From NCBI GenBank assembly GCA_963806225.1, contig CAWDXG010000001.1, positions 1,120,001 through 1,184,000 on the forward strand: 64,000 nucleotides of DNA, in the 5' to 3' direction. Positions 53,000 to 61,534 of this stretch are shown in pieces. Each line of letters begins with the position of its first letter. The stretch's first letter is position 1. The stretch is from an uncultured delta proteobacterium. Lineage in GTDB: Bacteria; Myxococcota_A; Polyangia; Polyangiales; Polyangiaceae. Both the position numbers and the translations under genes were made by a program. The notes under the pieces are model-generated. The model ran no database searches, had not been told where the DNA came from, and saw nothing but the letters and a program-made list of their open reading frames with translations.

Positions 53000-53521
53000 C
53001 TACCCGCGCCCCGCGCCGAGCACCACGCCGTGCTGCCAGCGGGACTCGGGCCAGCCGCTCCTGCCGCGGGCTTTGTGGAGCTGGTCGAGGTAGGCGATGA
53101 CGGAGCGGGGGCCTTCACCCAGTCTGACCAGCACGCTGCCGAGCACAGTGCCGGTGCGTCCGCGGCCGCCGACGCAGTGCACCACCAGCCCCTCGCCGCG
53201 CTCGAGCGAGGCGAGCACGAGCTTCACCGCCTGCTCGACGCGCGCGAGCTCGCCCGGCGGATCGCGCGGCGGACCCCCGTCGACCAGATCCTCGAGATCG
53301 ATCGTTCCGAGCAGCCGCACCGGATCCGGATCGTAGCGCGCGGGCGCGTCGAGACACACGACGCCGCGCACGCCGGCGTCGTACAGCGCCTGCCAGTCGT
53401 CGCGCGTGCGGTACATCGGGTACTCCATCCCGAACAGCGGCGCGGGGGCGGCTGCCACGCAGTACAGCTGACGGGGCGTCTCGAAACCAGGAACGGTGGG
53501 CATGTCGGCGAGGGTGAGCAT
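53000..53521 (-). CDS. Dual-specificity/tyrosine phosphatase-like protein
   Basis: VHCVGGRGRTG (HCx5R) motif. Confidence 0.88.
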   Translation of the reverse strand: MLTLADMPTVPGFETPRQLYCVAAAPAPLFGMEYPMYRTRDDWQALYDAGVRGVVCLDAPARYDPDPVRLLGTIDLEDLVDGGPPRDPPGELARVEQAVKLVLASLERGEGLVVHCVGGRGRTGTVLGSVLVRLGEGPRSVIAYLDQLHKARGRSGWPESRWQHGVVLGAGRG

Positions 53522-53590
53522 GTGGCGATCCTACGCGGAAGGCGGCATGAGGATTGCGCAGCTCGCCTCGCCGCCTGACGATGCCACCCC

Positions 53591-53803
53591 TCACGCCGCC
53601 AGCTTCACGCGCTCCGCCGGTATCTCGATGTCCTGCGGGGGAGTCGGGGGAGGCAGCTCGACGCGGACGCGGAGCAGGCGGCGACCCTTCCAGCCTATCG
53701 GACCGCGATCCTCGACGACCACTCCGACAAAAGGCTGGCCGACATACGTGAACTCCACCTTGGAGCCGACGGTGATCTCGCTAGCTTTGGCCTTGCGCCG
53801 CAT
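53591..53803 (-). CDS. Small beta-rich hypothetical protein (70 aa)
   Basis: VGSKVEF..FVGVVVEDRGPIGWKGRRLLRV; starts 12 nt after the HEPN stop. Confidence 0.65.
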   Translation of the reverse strand: MRRKAKASEITVGSKVEFTYVGQPFVGVVVEDRGPIGWKGRRLLRVRVELPPPTPPQDIEIPAERVKLAA

Positions 53804-53815
53804 GTTCCAAACCTA

Positions 53816-54385
53816 TCACCAGGGAGCCTTGCCCACCACGTCGACGAGGCGCTCGTGCACGGCGGCGTCGAACGAACGCGAAAGCCCGTTGCAGGCTGAG
53901 CGCCACGACCGGACGGTGCCGAGATGCAGTGCTGGGTCGCCTCCCACTCTGTCCCAGTCCTGGTGGGCAATGGCGTTGCGCCAGGTGTTCATCTCCTCGA
54001 GGCGCGCCCGCCGCGCGACGTTGCGGGCGTCGTGGACGCCGACGCGAGTCCAGAGGTCCATGCCGAAGCGAAAGAAGTCGGCTCCCAGGTTGCCCGGGGT
54101 CGGGTTGCCGCGGTCGAGCTTCCTCCCCCGCATCAGCGCGGTGCCGAGCATCTCTGCCATGTCGATTGGCTGCGTTTGGGCCATGAGCACGTCCACTGCC
54201 TCCGAGTGCAGGCTGCGGCAGAAGCGCTGGAAGTGGGACGAGAGCAGCATGGCGTAGGCATGGTTGATTTGTAGCGTTGCGTATCGCCGACCTTGACCCG
54301 CGACACCGACGGCCCGGTGCGCCGCCTCGATCTCGTCGAGCGCCCGGGCGGCTTCGACCGACCAGGCTTGATACGCGGCGGAAGC
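53816..54385 (-). CDS. HEPN-domain protein (start codon not evident)
   Basis: Frame is open upstream of the tracked ORF (ASAAYQAW..LDEIEAAH..YAMLLSSHFQ); RNAIAH fits the HEPN Rx4H motif. Confidence 0.7.
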   Translation of the reverse strand, partial: ASAAYQAWSVEAARALDEIEAAHRAVGVAGQGRRYATLQINHAYAMLLSSHFQRFCRSLHSEAVDVLMAQTQPIDMAEMLGTALMRGRKLDRGNPTPGNLGADFFRFGMDLWTRVGVHDARNVARRARLEEMNTWRNAIAHQDWDRVGGDPALHLGTVRSWRSACNGLSRSFDAAVHERLVDVVGKAPW

Positions 54386-54415
54386 GGTGCAGCTCGAAAG
54401 TGTCGTAGCGCATCG

Positions 54416-54643
54416 CTACTCGATCTCCTCGCCACAGTGCGGGCACTTGCGGTGGGTGCCGTGGCGTTGCTGGTCTTCGAGGAAGGCGGCGCCGAGGATG
54501 CCGGTGGGGATGGCGAAGAGGCCGATGCCGAGCAGTGCGACGCTGCCTGCGAGCAGGCGGAAGAGGCGCAGGATCCACACAGCGCGCAGGTCGAGCCCCA
54601 CGAACGGCAGATAGAACGGGTGGCGAAGGTCGGGGATGCCCAC
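54416..54643 (-). pseudogene. Voltage-gated ion channel remnant
   Basis: PFYLPFVGLDLRAV.ILRLFRLL (S3-S4) joined to GIGLFAIPTGILG (S6) and a CPHCG tail; pore region deleted. Confidence 0.75.
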
Positions 54644-54725
54644 CCCCGCCGCGCTTCGCGCGGCCGGCTTGTTCCACCCGGAAGTGTGGATCCGGGCGCG
54701 GTGCTCCGGACCTGGCGCTTGTCTT

Positions 54726-55484
54726 CTAGCTGGTGCTCACCAGCGCGCGTGACCGCGCGTGCGCGCGCCCTGCGCCTTTGCGCGGCATCTGGTCCCACGT
54801 GCGGCCATCGAGGAGCCGGCCGGCCTTCTTCTTGTTGGTGCCGCCCCATTGCTTGAAGAAGAAGGGCACGCGCGCGGCGCGGCACTGGTCGCGCAGATCG
54901 ACGACCCACTGTGGATCCACCGGGCGCGCGCGCGGGCCGGATTCGCCGCCGACGATGACCCAGTCGATGCCGCGCAGGTCGAGGTCGTGCAGCGGGCCGA
55001 GCAGGGGCTCGAGCGAGAGGAACCTGATGCGCGCGCCGGTTGTGCGGAGCTGTTCGATGCGGCCGCGGTAGCGGTCGCTCTCGACGCTGACGCCCATCCA
55101 GATGTTGGGCGCCCAATCGAGCGCGGGCGCCAGCTCGGCAAGGCGCTCGGCGCGCTTGGTCAGGACCTGGAAGCGGTGCCAGTGCGCCCTGGCCATGACG
55201 TCGAACACGCGCTGGATGTAGGGGAGCGGTACGCTCTCGTGGAACAGATCGCTCATCGAGTTGACGAAGACGGTCTGCGGCTTCTTCCACCTGAGCGGCA
55301 GCTCCAGCATGTGCGGCTGCAGCGTGACGGCGAAGCCGCGGGCGTAGTTGGGCTGGCCCATGGCCTGCAGTCGCGCGGCCATGCGCTCGGCGTAGCAGTG
55401 CTTGCAGCCCGGACTGATCTTGGTGCAGCCCGTCACCGGGTTCCACGTGGCTTCGGTCCATTCGATGCCAGAGCCCTGCGCCAT
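54726..55484 (-). CDS. DUF5131 / phage Gp37-Gp68 three-Cys-motif protein
   Basis: [52 protein letters not shown]. Confidence 0.92.
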   Translation of the reverse strand: MAQGSGIEWTEATWNPVTGCTKISPGCKHCYAERMAARLQAMGQPNYARGFAVTLQPHMLELPLRWKKPQTVFVNSMSDLFHESVPLPYIQRVFDVMARAHWHRFQVLTKRAERLAELAPALDWAPNIWMGVSVESDRYRGRIEQLRTTGARIRFLSLEPLLGPLHDLDLRGIDWVIVGGESGPRARPVDPQWVVDLRDQCRAARVPFFFKQWGGTNKKKAGRLLDGRTWDQMPRKGAGRAHARSRALVSTS

Positions 55485-55495
55485 CAACGCGCTCC

Positions 55496-55594
55496 CTACG
55501 CAGCCAGATACGTGTTCAGGATGTCGAGCTTCTGCGTGGTCCAGCTGCCGCTGAACCGATGACTCTTCCCACCCCGCTGTCCCCGCCTCGTCAT
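55496..55594 (-). pseudogene. tcmP: Three-Cys-motif partner protein N-terminal stub (32 aa; not in ORF track)
   Basis: [32 protein letters not shown] resembles the TcmP start GxWTxxKLxxLxxYL and sits 11 nt upstream of DUF5131. Confidence 0.7.
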
Positions 55595-55602
55595 GCTTCG
55601 GA

Positions 55603-55630
55603 ACTGTACTTCTGTTCAGCCGTCTGTCCA
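55603..55630 (-). promoter_or_regulatory. Promoter with myxobacterial-type LexA box
   Basis: CTGTACTTCTGTTCAGC (55604-55620) matches the M. xanthus consensus CTRHAMRYBYGTTCAGS at 16/17, inside TGGACA-16-TACAGT on the minus strand. Confidence 0.72.
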
Positions 55631-55662
55631 CAAGAAATCGGCGGGAAATCGGGATTTCTGCC

Positions 55663-56177
55663 CGCCGGCAACCACGAGCGCATCGGCTTCGTGTTCGACC
55701 GGCGCGCGGCGGTGTTCACGGGGCTGGCGTCGAACATCCACGCGCCGCGCACGCGCGAGCGGCGGCGAGTACGTCGCGACGCCCAGCTGGTGGCGCGCGC
55801 CCTACATCGCCTCGTTCCGCGCCGGCAGCTTCGACTTCGATCTCGCTCGCCGCGCACATCCGCTGGGGCGGCGACGGCAAGCCGGGCGAGCAGCAGCGGC
55901 TCCCCGAAATCCGCCTGCTGGCGGACTGGGTCGCGAAGCGTGCCCGAGCCAACCGCGACCTGATCGTCGTCGGCGACTTCAACATCCCCAGCACCGACAG
56001 TCCCCTGTACCAGGCCATCACCGCGCGCGGCCTGCGCATGCCCAGGGCGCTGCTCGGCGAGCACGGCTCGAACCTCGAGCGGAACAAACGCTACGACCAG
56101 ATCCTGCATCTCAGCGGGAGTTCACGTACGAGATGAGCGACCACTTGCCGTTGTGGGTGCAGGTCCGGACGGGGTGA
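55663..56177 (+). pseudogene. Endonuclease/exonuclease/phosphatase (EEP) 3' fragment, copy 1
   Basis: [38 protein letters not shown] over several frames. Confidence 0.8.
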
Positions 56178-56237
56178 ACCACGTGATTTCGACGGCGCAA
56201 GAGTCTCACGCGTGAATCCGACGGTATGCTTCAAGCC

Positions 56238-56417
56238 ATGGCAACCGAGTACGTCGTAACCAAGCAGGTCAACAAGGACAGCACGGGAGAAGGGCTCCCG
56301 GTGACGCCCCCGGGCGGTTCGGGATGGAAACTCCACTCCGTCTTCCAGACGAACACGGGGAACCAGTTCGCATTCGTGTGGGAGCGCGAGGCGCCGGACC
56401 CGCAGACGACCGACTAG
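56238..56417 (+). CDS. Small DUF4177-like protein (59 aa)
   Basis: MATEYVV...GSGWKLHSV...FVWER; TATGCT 7 nt before the ATG. Confidence 0.55.
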   Translation: MATEYVVTKQVNKDSTGEGLPVTPPGGSGWKLHSVFQTNTGNQFAFVWEREAPDPQTTD

Positions 56418-56495
56418 CGCTACCGCCGCTCGGACTGCGGGGGCACCGTGCGCGTACCTGTACACGTTGACGCCGCGCGTGTGACGTTGGCGAGA

Positions 56496-56780
56496 TCACA
56501 GAGCTGCTTGTACGAAGGCGGCGTGCAGGCGGGCGGATTCGGCAACGGTGTGGAAGATCACGATTACCGGGCCACCCGCGGCATCCTCGAGCTCGGGCCC
56601 GACTGGTCGGAGCTGACGCAGCAGCCTGCGCTGGTCCTTGCCATCGGCGTTGAATACTTCCAGCGTGCGTTCGCGTCCGTCGTAGTCGCCCACCAGGTCC
56701 GGGGGGCCCGCCCACCGCACGGGCCGGCCTTCCATCGATTCGCGAACGCGCACCAGCAAGTCTTGGCGGGACCGGTTCAT
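56496..56780 (-). CDS. Hypothetical protein (94 aa)
   Basis: MNRSRQDLLVRVRE..GDYDGRERTLEVFN..GGPVIVIFH; protein-like composition. Confidence 0.55.
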   Translation of the reverse strand: MNRSRQDLLVRVRESMEGRPVRWAGPPDLVGDYDGRERTLEVFNADGKDQRRLLRQLRPVGPELEDAAGGPVIVIFHTVAESARLHAAFVQAAL

Positions 56781-56786
56781 TCGCCA

Positions 56787-56833
56787 CGCCGCCGACGACG
56801 ACCCAGTCGATGCCGCACAGGTCGAGCTCGTCC
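56787..56833 (-). pseudogene. DUF5131 shard (DELDLCGIDWVVVGG)
   Basis: Matches 54944-54990 with a few substitutions. Confidence 0.75.
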
Positions 56834-56845
56834 GGAAATGATTGT

Positions 56846-56864
56846 TGTCCATTAGTAATGGACA
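56846..56864. promoter_or_regulatory. Perfect inverted repeat upstream of the AbiE-type operon
   Basis: TGTCCATTA-G-TAATGGACA, 19 nt before ATG 56884. Confidence 0.7.
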
Positions 56865-56883
56865 TGCTAGAAGTCCGGACAAC

Positions 56884-57931
56884 ATGGGAGAGACGCCGCG
56901 GAAATCGGGGCAGCGCGACGAAATGGTCCAGGCGTGCCTGGGCGCTATCAAGGCGATCGGACGCTCGGTACGCGCACGACTGGTCGAGCCACGCGGGCGC
57001 GAACAGGGTCCAGGCCGACGCCGAGCTGGTCGTGGATCTGCACGGTAGGTCCGAGAGCTTCCACGTCGAGATCACGCGAAGCCATCTTTCCTACGCGAGC
57101 GCTTCGGGGTTCATCGAGCAGGCGCGTCGCGGCAAAGGCAACTGGATGCTCTTCGCCCCGTACGTACCAGCGAAGATCGGGCGTCACCTTGCTGAGAACA
57201 AGTTGAGCTATGCGGATGCGGTTGGCAATTGTCACGTCGAAGTGGCGGACGCGCGCGGGCTGATCGCGCATGTCGAGGGACGAAAACCGGTACAGGCGGG
57301 CGCTTCGACGGCCGGTGTGCGCGTTCCCACCTACCAGCTGGTGTTCGCCCTCCTTGCCCGGCCACGTCTCCTCGAAGCGCCCGTCCGCGATATCGCCGAG
57401 GCAGCGGGGATCGGCAAGAGCACTGTATCGGCGCAACTGCGACGGCTCGAGGACCAGGGGCTTGTCGATCGCAAGCGCGGGCTCATCGTGCGACGGCGCG
57501 AGCTGCGCGACCGATGGTTGTCCGTCTACCCGGACGCCGTGAGGCCCGCGTGGTTGATCGGGCGCTTCCGTCCGCAGATAGCCGACCCGGAGGAGCTTGA
57601 ACGCCGGATCGAAAAGACGTGGGGGCAGCAGACGTGGGCACTCGGAGGCGGCGCTGCGGCATGGCGGATGTCCCGCTTCTATCGCGGGCCGGACACGGTC
57701 CTCCACGTGCACTCGATGCCGGCGGAAGCGCTCCGCAAGCTGCGCGTTGTCCCCGATCCCCGCGGCGCGTTGACGATTCTCCGGACTCCGGGGGCCATCG
57801 CCTATGAGGGCCCTGAGCCCCACCTCGCGCACCCGCTGCTCGTGTACAGCGAGATGATGTGCTCGTCCGAACCGCGAATGCGCGAAGCGGCGGCCCAGCT
57901 CGCTGAGCGCTTTCTGGAGCTCGACCAATGA
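56884..57931 (+). CDS. Type IV TA AbiEi-like antitoxin (probable frameshift near 57010)
   Basis: YADAVGNCH, HTH RDIAEAAGIGKSTVS, ALGGGAAA, AHPLLVYSEM. The MGETPRK.. N-terminus lies in another frame. Confidence 0.75.
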
Positions 57932-58686
57932 GCGGCTTGACCGAGGCACAGCGGGATGCGTTGCGCACGCTGCAGCGTGCATACCCCGATGCGCGTATCG
58001 CCCTCATCGGGGCGGCCGCGCTGGGTCTGCGTCTCGACATGCAGTGGCGGAACACGGCCGACCTGGACTTCGCGATCGCCATCGGCGCCTCGGACATCGA
58101 TGCGGACAAGCTGCGTACCTGGAAACGTCATGCCAAGACCGAGCACAGGTGGACGACGTCCGACGGCGTCATCGTAGATCTGGTCCCAGCTCCGGATGAA
58201 GCTGTTGTCGCGGGCAAGCTGATCTGGCCGGAAACGGGCTTCGAGATGAATCTCGTCGGTGTCCGGCAGGCGCTGGAGTGCGACCTGCTGTCCGTCGCAG
58301 AGGACGTCTCGGTTCGCGTGGCGACGGTTCCCGTTATCGCTCTGCTGAAGATGGCAGCGTATGTCGATCGGCCCCATGCGCGCGAAAAGGATCTCGTCGA
58401 CCTCGGACACATCCTGGATGACTATCCGGACCTGGACGATGATCGTCTCTACGATGCGTCGGCGGAGACAGGTCTCGGTGTTCCGGACGTCCAGGGCTAC
58501 GTTCTTGGCCGGGAGATGCGTCAGCTTGCAGACGAGCGTGACCGGAAGGTGGTAGATGACTTCCTCGACATGATGAACGAAGACGAGCACTGGAGCGGCT
58601 TCGTGAGGAACAGCCCGTGGCGCTACGATGAAGACCAGGCCCGCGGACGGCTCGATGCTTTCACGCAGGCCTGGCGCGAAAGCTGA
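57928..58686 (+). CDS. AbiEii-like nucleotidyltransferase toxin
   Basis: LIGAAAL..RNTADLDFA, LLKMAAY, REKDLVD; ATGA coupling to the antitoxin. Confidence 0.8.
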   Translation: MSGLTEAQRDALRTLQRAYPDARIALIGAAALGLRLDMQWRNTADLDFAIAIGASDIDADKLRTWKRHAKTEHRWTTSDGVIVDLVPAPDEAVVAGKLIWPETGFEMNLVGVRQALECDLLSVAEDVSVRVATVPVIALLKMAAYVDRPHAREKDLVDLGHILDDYPDLDDDRLYDASAETGLGVPDVQGYVLGREMRQLADERDRKVVDDFLDMMNEDEHWSGFVRNSPWRYDEDQARGRLDAFTQAWRES

Positions 58687-58764
58687 TCTGACCCCCAGTG
58701 ATCGGCTATGCGCTCTCGCAGGTCGGCGTAGCCGCGGTCCGGCGCTCGCGACCGCTCCGCGCCT

Positions 58765-58930
58765 TGCGGGGCATCTGGTCCCACGTGCGTCCATCGAGGA
58801 GCCGGCCGGCCTTCTTCTTGTTGGTGCCGCCCCATTGTTTGAAGAAGAAGGGCACGCGCGCGGCGCGGCACTGATCGCGCAGATCGACGACCCACTGTGG
58901 ATCCACCGGGCGCGCGCGCGGGCCGGATTC
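58765..58930 (-). pseudogene. DUF5131 C-terminal shard
   Basis: About 165 bp nearly identical to ~54780-54944 ([13 protein letters not shown]...TWDQMP). Confidence 0.85.
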
Positions 58931-59259
58931 TTCACCCGCGTGTTCTGCCGCGGTCGCGGCAGGGTGTAGGCGTGGAGCTTCTCGGCAATGTGCGCGCTCC
59001 TCGGATACACCCGGTGCCCCGGCGGATCGATGCCGTCGTTGGTGGTTCTCGCTCGTGCGAGCCGGAGCTCCAGCGCGAGCCCACCCTTGGCGACGGCCCG
59101 GTCGCCGAAAGTCTGGAAGATGCGGGCCAGGAAGCGATCGAACACCAGGAGCTGCCGGAAGCGGTTGACGGGAACGGCGCTCGCTCGTGCGGCGGACCGG
59201 ATCCGCCGCTCCGGAGCGTGCTTGAACGCTTCGGGGCTCGCGTAGCTACGAACGTCCAC
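58931..59259 (-). pseudogene. Second AbiEii toxin, internally deleted and truncated
   Basis: YASPEAFK..FDRFLAR..KGGLALELR..ARTT joined to HIAEKLHAYT..NTRVK. Confidence 0.8.
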
Positions 59260-59831
59260 GACGTCCTCGACTGCCTGACGTGCCGCGGACCTCGTCGCGC
59301 GTGAACAGTCCGCGTCGGACGCCCTGGCTGGTCGCCTGGCGGACGATGTCGGGGCGCACGGCGCCCGCCGCGCAGTCGCGGACCGTGCGCAGCGGGCTGG
59401 TCACGCGGACCGGGCCCTTCCACGTCGTCTCGCGTTTCGGGATGTCGGCGAAGTGGAGGAGCGACGCCGTCGGGAACGCGAAGCCGTCGCTTCGACCACG
59501 CAGCGGGAAGCGTCAGGTGCAGCCTGGACGACAGCGCGTCGGAGAGCCCGTGCAGCGCGAGCGCCGTCTCGTGACTGAACACGCCGCGACGCTCCGACCA
59601 CAGCCACACGGGCACCAGATCCTCCTCGTCGGTCACGGGGAAGTTCACCAGCCGGAAGATGGCGCGTCCGGTGCGCTCGATGCGTCCGATGCGGGCGTGG
59701 TAATGCAGGAGCGGTGCCGAGAACCCGGCGCCCGCCGCGTCTGCCAGGGTGAAGTAGCCACCCTGGGCCGCGGCCAGCTCGTAGAGGCCGTTCCAGTCGG
59801 GACGCTGGCCTTCGGGCGACAGTCGGGGCAC
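59246..59831 (-). CDS. Second AbiEi-like antitoxin (frameshift near 59460)
   Basis: AAAQGGYFT..SHETALALHGLSD, continuing in another frame VTSPLRTVRDC. Confidence 0.8.
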
Positions 59832-59864
59832 GCACGAAAATTAAATCCTATTTAATGTTTGTGC
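59832..59864. promoter_or_regulatory. AT-rich inverted repeat abutting the AbiEi start
   Basis: GCACGAAAATTAAAT-CCT-ATTTAATGTTTGTGC (13/15 symmetric). Confidence 0.7.
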
Positions 59865-59883
59865 AAGCGACCGAGCTGCGGAC

Positions 59884-59923
59884 GGGTGGCGACGCCGCTG
59901 TCCGCCGGCGGCGGTCGCCACCC
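59884..59923. repeat. 40-bp palindromic repeat, copy C
   Basis: GGGTGGCGACGCCGCTGTCCGCCGGCGGCGGTCGCCACCC with a perfect 10-bp outer stem. Confidence 0.75.
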
Positions 59924-59924
59924 G

Positions 59925-60258
59925 CGCCGGCAACCACGAGCGCATCGGTTTCACTTCGATCGGCTCGCCGCCCACATCCGCTGGGGCGGCGACGGCAAGC
60001 CGGGCGAGAAAGAGCGGCCTGCGCATGCCCAGGGCGCTGCTCGGCGAGCACGGCTCGAACCTCGAGCGGAACAAACGCTACGACCAGATCCTGCATCTCC
60101 CCGCGGAAGCCCGCCACTTCACCGGCCTCGGCGGCACGATCGACTTCTACACGGGCGGGATCGCGAAGCTGTTTCCGGGGGAAGGACTCGGCAAGCGCGA
60201 GTTCACCTACGAGCTGAGCGACCATTTGCCGTTGTGGGTGGAGGTGGCGACGGGGTAG
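59925..60258 (+). pseudogene. EEP 3' fragment, copy 2
   Basis: Same start CGCCGGCAACCACGAGCGCATCGG as copy 1; MPRALLGEHGSNLERNKRYDQILHL..SDHLPLW. Confidence 0.8.
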
Positions 60259-60378
60259 GGCGCGGCGGATCGGGTGGACAGCTGGCGGCGAAGGCGTCAC
60301 GCGCTCCGCGTGCAGCGCCATCAACCTTGCCTAATCCGCCGGAGAAACCGCTCCAACACCGCCGCTCTGCCCCCATCT

Positions 60379-61512
60379 TCAGTCCGTCCAGCCGGCGGCG
60401 ATGGCGCGCATGTCGCGCGTGCTGAGCCGTAGGATCTCGGCAGCGCGGCTCAGGCTGATCTGCTCTTCCTCCACCGCACGCCGCACGAGCCGCGCGAGAC
60501 GATCCTCCATGAACAGGCCCTCGGGCAATCGCGCCGGTTCGCGCGCGACATTGGCGGCCGGTACGCCGTTGCCGAAGTCCTTCTCGTCGAGCGGGCTGGG
60601 TTCCTCCTTGCGACCAGGGACCGTGCCGTGCCGCCGCTTGTAGTCGCGGAAGAACTTGCGCCAGATGCCGTCGTCGTTGCTGTTCTGCTGTACCCGGTAG
60701 AGCACCGTCTTGTAGCTGACGTGGAACATCTGCTTCAGCTTGAAGACGCGCTCGACCAAGGGCAGACCGCGCGCCTCCTGCCACTCCTGCTCGAAGATCG
60801 CGTTGGGCATCAGGAAGTGGCTCGCAAACTGATCGGCCTCGGCTTCCTGCTGTTTGTCTTCCGAGGATTCTTCCACGTCGAAGGCATCCAGGTGCATGAG
60901 CAGGTGGCCGAGCTCGTGGGCGGCGCTGAAGATCCAGCGCTCGACCGTGATGCGCTCCCACGTGTTGACGACCACGGCGGGCCCGCCCGATTCGGCGCCG
61001 ACGGAGAGGCCGAAGAAGTGATCGGACTGCACGCGAGGTCGGTACACCTTGACGCCGTTGTCCTCCAGCAGTCCGCAGATGTCGCGGATGAGATCGCCAT
61101 CGAGCTTCAGCTTCTTCCGCGTGCGTTCTGCCAGGGCGACGGGGTCCTTGGCGTCGGCGCGTCGCCCGAGCGTGAGACGCGGCTCGAGCCTGTCACCTAG
61201 TAGCTCCTCCAACTCGTCGTAGTCGTCGAGCCAGCGCGCCACTTCGCCCAGCACCTGGGCTCGCCGGCGCAGTTGCTTGTCCGCGCGGAAGCGCACCGCG
61301 TGCAGCTCGCGCGCCGGGCGCAGCAGGTCCTCCGTGCGCGCCCCCAGCGCTGCTGCCAGCGCCATCAGGGTGCGCCCCCGCGGTTCGCTCTCTCCCGTCT
61401 CCAGCGCCCGATAGGCCTGTCGGGAAATCCCCGCCTTTTCAGCTATTTGACCCTGCGACCACCCCCCGGCAGTGCGGAGACGGACCAGGTTCGACGAGAG
61501 CGTCGTTGCCAT
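60379..61512 (-). CDS. XRE-HTH fused to ImmA/IrrE metallopeptidase
   Basis: SQGQIAEKAGISRQAYRALETG HTH; FSAAHELGH and EAEADQFASHFLMP; GGAGGGAG SD. Confidence 0.9.
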   Translation of the reverse strand: MATTLSSNLVRLRTAGGWSQGQIAEKAGISRQAYRALETGESEPRGRTLMALAAALGARTEDLLRPARELHAVRFRADKQLRRRAQVLGEVARWLDDYDELEELLGDRLEPRLTLGRRADAKDPVALAERTRKKLKLDGDLIRDICGLLEDNGVKVYRPRVQSDHFFGLSVGAESGGPAVVVNTWERITVERWIFSAAHELGHLLMHLDAFDVEESSEDKQQEAEADQFASHFLMPNAIFEQEWQEARGLPLVERVFKLKQMFHVSYKTVLYRVQQNSNDDGIWRKFFRDYKRRHGTVPGRKEEPSPLDEKDFGNGVPAANVAREPARLPEGLFMEDRLARLVRRAVEEEQISLSRAAEILRLSTRDMRAIAAGWTD

Positions 61513-61534
61513 GTGCTCCCTCCAGGCTAGCTGG

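Noticed and set aside
57802..59259. 485-aa AbiEii ORF
   Set aside because: Only the first ~110 codons are AbiEii-like; the remainder is an off-frame DUF5131 shard and antisense to the + strand toxin.
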